Part shown: positions 24,133 to 32,000 of the stretch, in pieces
How positions within the stretch are numbered: the stretch's first letter is position 1
Layout: the number at the start of each line of letters is the position of its first letter
Origin: Microcystis aeruginosa NIES-843
GTDB taxonomy: Bacteria; Cyanobacteriota; Cyanobacteriia; Cyanobacteriales; Microcystaceae
Length of the DNA stretch: 32,000 bases
Reading direction: 5' to 3'
Assembly: GCF_000010625.1 (NCBI RefSeq)
Contig: NC_010296.1
Coordinates: 3,210,001 to 3,242,000 of the forward strand
Position numbers and translations under genes: made by a program
The notes under the pieces: generated by a model
Told to the model about the DNA's origin: nothing
Databases searched by the model: none
Seen by the model: the letters and a program-made list of their open reading frames with translations, nothing else

Positions 24133-24732
24133 CTAAACTGCTGCGAAGTAAACTTTTGACTTCACAGGATCGGGAACCATGGTAGCATCGCCTTCTTGCC
24201 AACCGGCGGGACAAACTTCATCCGGATGGGATTGGACGTATTGAATCGCTTTCAGAGTGCGGAGGGTTTCATCGACACTGCGACCGAAGGAAAGATTATT
24301 AATAGTAGCGTGTTGGATAACACCTTCTTTATCGATGATAAAGAGACCACGCAGGGATACCCCCGCATCAGGATCAAGAACATTGTAAGCGGTGCTGATT
24401 TCTTTTTTCAGATCCGACACCAACGGATAGGCCACATCACCGACACCGCCCGATTTTCTCTCGGTTTGAATCCATGCGAGGTGAGCAAATTCGCTATCGA
24501 CGGACACCCCTAAAATCTCGGTGTTGATACTGCTAAATTCGCTAACTCGATCGCTGAAAGCGGTAATTTCCGTGGGGCAAACAAAGGTAAAATCGAGGGG
24601 ATAGAAGAATAAAACGACGTATTTACCCCGATAATCCGATAATTTGATGGTTTTGAACTCTTGATCGAAAACGGCGGTCGCGGTGAAATCCGGCGCCGGT
24701 TGTCCGACTCTTAAGCAACCTTCGGCGGTCAT
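24133..24732 (-). CDS. typical 2-Cys peroxiredoxin (AhpC/TSA family, BAS1-like)
   Basis: The peroxidatic motif is [15 protein letters not shown] and the resolving Cys is in EVCPAGW. The length (199 aa) and the overall sequence are highly characteristic. Confidence 0.9.
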   Translation of the reverse strand: MTAEGCLRVGQPAPDFTATAVFDQEFKTIKLSDYRGKYVVLFFYPLDFTFVCPTEITAFSDRVSEFSSINTEILGVSVDSEFAHLAWIQTERKSGGVGDVAYPLVSDLKKEISTAYNVLDPDAGVSLRGLFIIDKEGVIQHATINNLSFGRSVDETLRTLKAIQYVQSHPDEVCPAGWQEGDATMVPDPVKSKVYFAAV

Positions 24733-25040
24733 ACTTTTAATCTCCTTAATCTAGTTTCTGGGAAAATGCAACTATTTTTACATTCCTTAACAACTATATC
24801 ATAGTCATAACGATTTTGAGTAGTTGGCCGTTAGTTGGGGATTGGGAAGGTTATATCGGGCGAGAGAAAAAGAATTTAATAAACTGCATAATGTTCACTT
24901 TTGCAGCCGAAATAATAATTTAAGGACAGCGAAAGAGATCGTCGCACGGGAAATTTAGCCCATCGTACAACTTAGTACAACTTTCTTGCCTCAACGCTCC
25001 GACCTGCTGCTGTCTGCTTTTACTTATAGTTGCAAAGGCT

Positions 25041-25514
25041 ATGTCAATGTCATCAAGCACCGGTAAATATCTATCCCCACCCCAACGTCAGCAACTTCTC
25101 GAAATCTTAACAGAACCGAATATCTCTGATGTTGATCGCAAACGGATTCAAATCATTCTCCTCGCTGACGATGGCAAATCCCAGGGCGATATCCGTAGGC
25201 TTCTCGATTGTACTGCCGCCACCGCTAGTAAATGGATACTGATCGCCGAGAGTGGCAAGATCGATCGCTGGCAGAAATACCGCCGCGGTCGCCCGCCGAA
25301 AGTTGATCAACCTTACCTCGATCGCCTGAAGGAACTGATTAGTAAATCCCCCCGGGATTTCGGCTATTCCTTTAAGCGATGGTCGGGAGTTTGGTTAGCG
25401 CGGCATCTAGAGAAAGAATTCGGGGTCGCACTCACCCCCACCCACATCAATCGCCTCCGCAAACAGCTACAGCCGATCCGCATCGTCGATCTTTCTCCTT
25501 CAGCCAAAGCTTAA
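25041..25514 (+). CDS. IS630/Tc1-type transposase N-terminal HTH domains only (no DDE domain); candidate regulator
   Basis: RKRIQIILLADDGKSQGDIRRLLDCTAATASKW...YRRGRPPKV...LKELISKSPRDFGYSFKRWSGVWLARHLEKEFGVALTPTHINRLRKQL matches the paired HTH region of IS630-family transposases. The ORF ends 7 nt before the ABC exporter start. Confidence 0.65.
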   Translation: MSMSSSTGKYLSPPQRQQLLEILTEPNISDVDRKRIQIILLADDGKSQGDIRRLLDCTAATASKWILIAESGKIDRWQKYRRGRPPKVDQPYLDRLKELISKSPRDFGYSFKRWSGVWLARHLEKEFGVALTPTHINRLRKQLQPIRIVDLSPSAKA

Positions 25515-25521
25515 AACAACT

Positions 25522-28140
25522 ATGCTCGATACTCACAGCCTCGTCAATCCCTGGCCGGAATTCCTGTCCGAAACCCAGTGGCGGAGTCTCCAGAAAACGG
25601 CGATCGCCCTCTCTCCGGAAGCAGGTACACTGCCCGTACAGTCAGGGTTATACCTAGTCGTTCGCGGCAAAGTTCGTATAGCGAACTCGCAGCAAAAAGA
25701 GATGATTGCGCTCAAAACCGGCGAATTTTTCGGGGAATTCTCCCTCTTTCCCCGATCGGGTTTTCTTCCCTACTCGGTTCGAGTCTCGGCGAAGGCGGAA
25801 CTACTTCTTATCCCCGAGTCCGCCCTGAAGCCGATCCTGAAAAAACACCCCGCCCTGAAAAAAACATTACTACAACGGGCGCGGGAAATTGAGCAACTTC
25901 TTGGGACGAAGACAGAAGAAACGGACAAAAAAAGCGATCGAGCCTATTTCCCCTCTCCAGCGCAGCGGTTAGGTCACTGGATCGGGCAATCCCTCCGCCG
26001 TTATCCCTTCTTCGAGCAACAGTCCGCCTCCGATTGCGGGGCGGCCAGTTTAGTCATGATCGCCCGTTATTGGGGCAAAAGAATCAGCGTCAACCGTTTG
26101 CGGGAAATGGCCAACGTCAACCGCGACGGGGCATCCCTGAAGGGACTGATCACAGCGGCGGAAAATATCGGCCTCTCCACCCGTCCGGTAAAAGCGACTC
26201 TAGAGGGATTAGGGAAACAACCCCTACCAGCGATCGCTCACTGGGAAGGCAAACACTTCGTTGTTATCTGGAAAATTACCCCCAAACAGGTGATTATTGG
26301 CGATCCAGCGATCGGGCAATTAACCCTAAGTCGTGCCGAATTCACCAGTAAATGGACGGGATTCACCCTTCTGCTCCAACCGAACCAGAAATTTCGGGAC
26401 ACGAAAGAGGATAAAACCTCTCTCTGGCAGTTTTATCGCTTACTGGAACCCCATTGGTTCGTGCTGCTGGAAATTTTCGTCGCCTCGCTTTTTATCCAGA
26501 TATTCGGCTTAATTACGCCGATTTTTACCCAGTTAATCCTCGATCGGGTGATCGTGCAGGGGTCCTTAACTACCCTTTGGGCGATGGGGATCGGTGCGCT
26601 AATTTTCGGGGTTTTTCGGGTGGCAATTACTGGTTTACGCGCCTATCTCCTCGATCACACCGCTAATCGCATCGATACGGCATTAATCACCGGTTTTATC
26701 CGCCATACCCTCAGCCTTCCCCTCGGTTATTTCGAGTCCCGCTATGTGGGCGATATTATTTCCCGCGTCGGGGAAAATCGCAAGATTCAGCGTTTTCTGT
26801 CTGGGGAAGCTCTCTCGATTTTACTTGACTTATTAACGGTTTTCGTGTATGTGGCGGTGATGTTCCGCTATAGCTGGCAATTAGCCCTCATCAGTTTAGC
26901 GATCGTGCCACCGTTCCTTCTGCTGGCGTTAATTTCTACCCCTTTTCTGCAGCGAATATCCCGGGATATTTTTCAGGCGATCGCTAAAGAAAGCAGTTAC
27001 CTGATCGAGATTTTAACCGGTATTCGTACCGTCAAATCTACCGCCACAGAGCGCTCGACCCGTTGGCACTGGGAAGACCTTTTCTCGGTGGAGGTCAAGA
27101 AAAATTTCTCCGGGCAGATCATCGGCAATAATCTCCAGATATTCAGTAATCTGATCGAATCTTTAGCGACGACGGGGTTACTCTGTTTCGGTGCCTATCT
27201 AGTGATTCAAAATCAATTATCGATCGGACAACTGATCGCCTTTAATATGCTTTTTGCCCAGATCATTGCGCCTTTTCAACGCTTAACCGTTCTCTGGACA
27301 CAATTTCAAGAAGTCAATATCGCCGTCGAGCGCATTAACGATGTACTAGACGCAAAGCCGGAGGAGAATTTAGAAGAACTTTCCCGTCAGTTTCTCCCAG
27401 AATTACAGGGACATATTCGCTTTGAAAATGTCACCTTTCGCTACCACACCGACAGCGATCGCAATATTTTAGAAAACCTCAGTTTTGAGATTTTACCCGG
27501 TCAAACCGTTGCCCTCGTCGGTCGGAGCGGTTCGGGAAAAACCACGATCTCGAAATTACTGATCGGCCTCTATCCCCCCACCGACGGGAAAATCTCGATC
27601 GACGGTTACGATCTGAGTACGATCGCCCTCAGTTCCCTCCGGCAACAGGTGGGAGTCGTCGATCAGGATACTTTTCTCTTCGGTTCCACGATTCGGGAAA
27701 ATATCAGTTTAGGTCATCCCGATCGCCCCCTAGAAAATGTGATCGAAGCGGCGAAATTAGCGGGAATTCATGACTTTATTCAATCACTGCCGATGGGGTA
27801 CGAAACTCAAATCGGCGAGGGTGGAGGGCTACTTTCCGGGGGACAGAGACAACGGATCGCCATCGCTCGATCGCTAATGGGAGAGCCGCGGTTATTAATC
27901 CTCGATGAAGCCACTTCCCACCTCGATACCGAATCGGAACGGATTATTCAAACAAATCTCCAGAAAATTCGGCAGAATCGCACGATGGTGATTATCGCCC
28001 ATCGCCTCTCTACGGTGCGGAACGCGGATTGTATTCTCGTTCTCGATCGAGGGGTATTAGTCGATAGTGGAACCCACGAAGAATTAATGGCCCGTCCCGG
28101 TATTTACCGTAATTTGAATTCTAATCAATTGAGTGAATAA
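25522..28140 (+). CDS. peptidase-C39-containing ABC exporter (PCAT) with N-terminal cyclic-nucleotide-binding-like domain
   Basis: The first ~125 aa contain a cNMP-type beta-roll: GEFFGEFSLF...YSVRVSAKAELLLIPESALKPILKKHP. The C39 peptidase has QQSASDCGAASLVMIARYWG (Cys), AIAHWEGKHFVVIW (His) and IGDPA. A six-helix ABC membrane domain follows. The NBD has GRSGSGKTT, LSGGQRQRIAIARSL and LLILDEATSHLD. Confidence 0.9.
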   Translation: MLDTHSLVNPWPEFLSETQWRSLQKTAIALSPEAGTLPVQSGLYLVVRGKVRIANSQQKEMIALKTGEFFGEFSLFPRSGFLPYSVRVSAKAELLLIPESALKPILKKHPALKKTLLQRAREIEQLLGTKTEETDKKSDRAYFPSPAQRLGHWIGQSLRRYPFFEQQSASDCGAASLVMIARYWGKRISVNRLREMANVNRDGASLKGLITAAENIGLSTRPVKATLEGLGKQPLPAIAHWEGKHFVVIWKITPKQVIIGDPAIGQLTLSRAEFTSKWTGFTLLLQPNQKFRDTKEDKTSLWQFYRLLEPHWFVLLEIFVASLFIQIFGLITPIFTQLILDRVIVQGSLTTLWAMGIGALIFGVFRVAITGLRAYLLDHTANRIDTALITGFIRHTLSLPLGYFESRYVGDIISRVGENRKIQRFLSGEALSILLDLLTVFVYVAVMFRYSWQLALISLAIVPPFLLLALISTPFLQRISRDIFQAIAKESSYLIEILTGIRTVKSTATERSTRWHWEDLFSVEVKKNFSGQIIGNNLQIFSNLIESLATTGLLCFGAYLVIQNQLSIGQLIAFNMLFAQIIAPFQRLTVLWTQFQEVNIAVERINDVLDAKPEENLEELSRQFLPELQGHIRFENVTFRYHTDSDRNILENLSFEILPGQTVALVGRSGSGKTTISKLLIGLYPPTDGKISIDGYDLSTIALSSLRQQVGVVDQDTFLFGSTIRENISLGHPDRPLENVIEAAKLAGIHDFIQSLPMGYETQIGEGGGLLSGGQRQRIAIARSLMGEPRLLILDEATSHLDTESERIIQTNLQKIRQNRTMVIIAHRLSTVRNADCILVLDRGVLVDSGTHEELMARPGIYRNLNSNQLSE

Positions 28141-28142
28141 CT

Positions 28143-29597
28143 ATGACAACCAATCTAGACAGAGAGCGCGATAACTGGTCTTTCCAGACCAAAGAATTGA
28201 TCGATACTTTACCCCTACCCTGGACGCGTGGTTTACTCTATTTTCTGATTATTTTCGTCTCGATCATTCTCCCTTGGGCGATATTCTCAAAAGTCGATGA
28301 AACGGGTGTCGGTCCGGGAAAACTGGAACCCCAAGGGGAAACAGTCAAAATCGATGCTATCGCGACGGGAAAAGTGGAAAAAATCTATGTCCGTGAAGGC
28401 CAAGAGGTGAAAGCAGGACAACCGATTTTAACCCTAGATTCCTCATTAATCGGCAAGGAAATACAACAAATTGAGGAGAAAATAGAAGGACAAAAAAGTC
28501 GTCTTTCCCAACAGAAACTTGTCAAAAGTCAGTTAGAGATTTCTTTAACCACCCAAAGCCAACAAAATCGCGCGGCAGCAGCGGAAAAAGAAGCCTCGAT
28601 CGAACAAGCGCGGGAGAATGTGGACGCATTAATCAAGAAGGCCAAAATATCCCTAGAAGAACAACAAGCGCGAGTCAATCAAGCGAAAACCGCCCTCGCA
28701 CAAAGTCAGACCGATTATCCGATTCTCAAAAGTCGTTATGAAACGGCTTTAAAAGAAGTCGATCGCTACCGAAAAGCGTGGGAGGATGGCGCGATATCGG
28801 AGGTGCAATTCATCGAGCGCGAGGACAATGCCAAGGAGCGCCAACAACTCTACGAGCGGGGAAAAGCGGAGGTCAAAGAAAATCAACATAAACTAGCGGA
28901 ATTAAAAAGTGCCTACCGTCAGACGAGTCAACAAACGAGCGCCGATATCGCCCAAGCGCGTCTGCAATTACAGGAGCGGCAGCGGGGTTATCAAAGTCTC
29001 CGCCATTCCAACGAGTTGGCACTCTTAAGGGTACAGGAGCAGATTAACAATCTAGACACGGAGATCGCAACACTGGCATCGGAAATCGCCCAAAGCGAGA
29101 GCCAACGGCAAGCGCTCCAAATCCAACTAAGTCAGAGGGTTTTAAAGGCGAATACCGACGGCACAATCTTTTCATTACCGATTAAACGCGCGGGTGCGGT
29201 GGTGCAGTCGGGAACGCGGGTTGCGGAGATAGCACCGAAGGGATCGCGGTTTATTCTCAAGGCAGAAATGCCCACGGATCAAAGTCAATTTCTCCGCGCC
29301 GGTATGCCGATAAAAGTCAAGTTCGATGCCTATCCTTTTCAGGATTACGGCATTATCGGCGGCAAGATCACCAAGAAATCACCGACGGCGATCGAAAAGG
29401 AAACGCCCAACGGAAAAATTAACGTTTTCGAGCTAGAAATTCAACTCGATCGCTCCTGTATTCAAAAGGGAAATCAATGTATTCCCCTCAATCCGGGAGA
29501 TACGGCTACCGCAGAAGCGATCGTCCGTCAGCGTCGGGTGATCGATTACATCCTCGATCCCTTTAAGGATCTGCAAAAAGACGGGTTAAAACTCTAG
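28143..29597 (+). CDS. HlyD-family membrane-fusion/adaptor protein
   Basis: It starts 2 nt after the ABC stop. It has an N-terminal TM segment (LLYFLIIFVSIILPWAIF) and a lipoyl-like segment (VKIDAIATGKVEKIYVREGQEVKAGQPILTLD). A ~230-aa coiled coil and a C-terminal beta-barrel region (GMPIKVKFDAYPFQDYG) follow. Confidence 0.85.
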   Translation: MTTNLDRERDNWSFQTKELIDTLPLPWTRGLLYFLIIFVSIILPWAIFSKVDETGVGPGKLEPQGETVKIDAIATGKVEKIYVREGQEVKAGQPILTLDSSLIGKEIQQIEEKIEGQKSRLSQQKLVKSQLEISLTTQSQQNRAAAAEKEASIEQARENVDALIKKAKISLEEQQARVNQAKTALAQSQTDYPILKSRYETALKEVDRYRKAWEDGAISEVQFIEREDNAKERQQLYERGKAEVKENQHKLAELKSAYRQTSQQTSADIAQARLQLQERQRGYQSLRHSNELALLRVQEQINNLDTEIATLASEIAQSESQRQALQIQLSQRVLKANTDGTIFSLPIKRAGAVVQSGTRVAEIAPKGSRFILKAEMPTDQSQFLRAGMPIKVKFDAYPFQDYGIIGGKITKKSPTAIEKETPNGKINVFELEIQLDRSCIQKGNQCIPLNPGDTATAEAIVRQRRVIDYILDPFKDLQKDGLKL

Positions 29598-29697
29598 TTT
29601 TTTTAGGTATCGAAGCCAAATTACTTACACCCCTCCCTAACCCTCTTGCCTATCTCAACTAGGAAATTAATTTCGCATAACTGTTTCAGGAGTCATT

Positions 29698-30432
29698 ATG
29701 TCCCATAGTATCACCATCACCAATCAAGACCTTATCCAACAGCTTAAGCTATCGGGGAAAGTTCCCGAAATAGTCGAGGGAATTATCGCTCGGAAAATCA
29801 TCACCGAAACCGCCACGGCAGCGGGGATTAAAAACACGACTGCCGAGTTACAACAGGCGGCCGATCAATTCCGTCTCGCCAAAGGATTACATAACGCCAA
29901 AGATACATGGAATTGGTTGCAAAAACAGGGCTTATCCCTAGATGATTTCGAGGAGATCGTTCAATTCAATTTACTATCGGGTAAATTAGCCGAACATCTT
30001 TTCGCAGACAAAATTGAATCCTATTTCGTCGAACACCAGCTAGATTATACCGGCGCGGTGATCTATGAGGTAGTGTTAGCAGATCAGGCGATGGCAGAGG
30101 AGTTGTATGAATCGATTCAGGAGGAGGAAATCAGCTTTCAGGAAGTAGCGCATCGCTATATCGAGGATGTGGAATTACGACGCAAGGGAGGTTATCGCGG
30201 TACTGTTTACCGTAAGGATTTACGACCGAATCTTTCGGCCGCAATTTTCGCCTCGGATTCTTCTCGATTGTTGAAACCGCTGCAAGGCGATCGAGGTTTT
30301 CACCTGATTTTTGTCGAGGAAATCCTTAAACCAAAATTAACCGAGGAGTTGGCTCTGAAAATCGGTGTTGATTTGTTTAACGGCTGGGTAAAGGAGAAGA
30401 TTCAAGAGATAGAATACGAGTTTAGTAATTAA
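29698..30432 (+). CDS. parvulin-type peptidyl-prolyl isomerase with SurA-N-like helical domain, no signal peptide
   Basis: The N-terminal helical part is (...IITETATAAGIKNTTAELQQAADQFRLAKGLHN...WL...GLSLDDFEE). The C-terminal PpiC-like part is (FQEVAHRYIED...GGYRGTVYRKDL...GFHLIFVEE). No hydrophobic leader is visible. Confidence 0.7.
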   Translation: MSHSITITNQDLIQQLKLSGKVPEIVEGIIARKIITETATAAGIKNTTAELQQAADQFRLAKGLHNAKDTWNWLQKQGLSLDDFEEIVQFNLLSGKLAEHLFADKIESYFVEHQLDYTGAVIYEVVLADQAMAEELYESIQEEEISFQEVAHRYIEDVELRRKGGYRGTVYRKDLRPNLSAAIFASDSSRLLKPLQGDRGFHLIFVEEILKPKLTEELALKIGVDLFNGWVKEKIQEIEYEFSN

Positions 30433-30489
30433 TTGTGGACGGGGTGGGTAATACTCACCCCGCAAACATAGTAAGGGAAGATAAGAGTT

Positions 30490-30687
30490 ATGGAATGTGT
30501 GATCTGTAAACAAGGCACGACTCGATCGGGTTTCGTAACTGTTACTTTAGAGAGAGATGATTGTATCGTGATTCTAAAACAAGTCCCCGCAGATGTCTGT
30601 CAGAATTGCGGGGAGTATTATTTAAGTGAATCCGTAACGGCAGAGGTTTTACAGAATGCTGATCGCCTATTTTGTAGGTTGGGTTGA
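30490..30687 (+). CDS. YgiT-type zinc-finger (MqsA-like antitoxin N-domain) protein, C-terminus replaced by repeat sequence
   Basis: CxxC...CxxC (CVICKQG...VCQNCGEYYLSE) with the typical spacing. The last six codons (FCRLG*) are encoded by the palindromic element that starts about 30675. No toxin gene is adjacent. Confidence 0.6.
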   Translation: MECVICKQGTTRSGFVTVTLERDDCIVILKQVPADVCQNCGEYYLSESVTAEVLQNADRLFCRLG

Positions 30688-30796
30688 CAACGGAAACCCA
30701 ACATCATCCCCCTATTATTCTTCATGTTTTGTGTTGGGTTGCACTTCGTTTAACCCAACCTTGTATCTTGAGAAGTAGGCAACCCGTCCCAACCTA
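30675..30796. repeat. palindromic GTTGGGTT...AACCCAAC element (REP/MITE-like), about 120 bp
   Basis: There are two 8-bp-stem hairpins, at 30678-30685/30695-30702 and at 30733-30740/30752-30759. The outer inverted repeat is TAGGTTGGG (30675-30683) with CCCAACCTA (30788-30796). Confidence 0.55.
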
Positions 30797-30809
30797 GGTA
30801 AAAAATACC

Positions 30810-32000
<1,191 letters not shown>

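Noticed and set aside
24005-24214. 69-aa minus-strand ORF between the peroxiredoxin and MFS genes
   Set aside because: It overlaps the 3' end of the peroxiredoxin gene in another frame and spans its terminator hairpin. Its Arg/Ser-rich composition is typical of an out-of-frame artefact.
24965-24978. GTA-N8-TAC (NtcA-type) motif GTACAACTTAGTAC in the prx/HTH divergent spacer
   Set aside because: The 6 specified bases are expected several times by chance in 32 kb. I could find no TAN3T -10 box about 22 nt downstream on either strand. It is kept only as part of a possible tandem-repeat operator.
25379-26666. Several 70-105-aa alternative-frame ORFs (25379-25657, 25533-25715 minus, 25578-25892, 26034-26351, 26454-26666)
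   Set aside because: All lie inside the HTH and PCAT coding regions in other frames. Their Arg/Pro/Gly-rich composition is typical of shadow ORFs in GC-richer genes.

Overview
This is a cyanobacterial chromosomal segment, most consistent with Microcystis or a close relative. The basis is dense GCGATCGC/CGATCG (HIP1-type) motifs, heptamer STRR-like tandem arrays, a PEP-CTERM protein and the gene content; this is inference only, since no database search was possible. The window is a mosaic. Core genes are: pheT 5' end, MlaF/MlaD-like lipid-transport pair, menA, a HerA-like ATPase, rlmD, an RsbW-like kinase, two minor pilins, a DMT transporter, cupB/chpX, a GUN4-domain protein, an MFS transporter and 2-Cys peroxiredoxin. 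Accessory and mobile material is interleaved with them:
- an AT-rich type II R-M cassette (434-1938)
- a DUF433/DUF5615 toxin-antitoxin pair
- a PEP-CTERM/DUF642 gene whose start and signal peptide are out of frame across a G8 tract
- a small DUF5678-like gene split by a 96-bp insertion
- a Uma2 nuclease
- a 155-bp MITE with a 7-bp target duplication
- an orphan YgiT zinc-finger ORF clipped by a palindromic element
- a frameshifted IS110-family transposase at the right edge

The largest coherent system is a 5.4-kb co-directional module at 25041-30432. It has an IS630-type HTH without a DDE domain, then a cNMP-binding + C39-peptidase ABC exporter, then a HlyD adaptor, then a leaderless parvulin PPIase. 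I could find no cargo gene for it. Other points worth follow-up are a G-quadruplex-competent tandem array splitting the Mla-like pair, a modular repeat family at three loci, and a structured non-coding region upstream of the IS110 recombinase (bridge-RNA candidate). I saw no rRNA, tRNA or CRISPR. All functional calls come from reading the motifs by eye and need HMM/BLAST confirmation.
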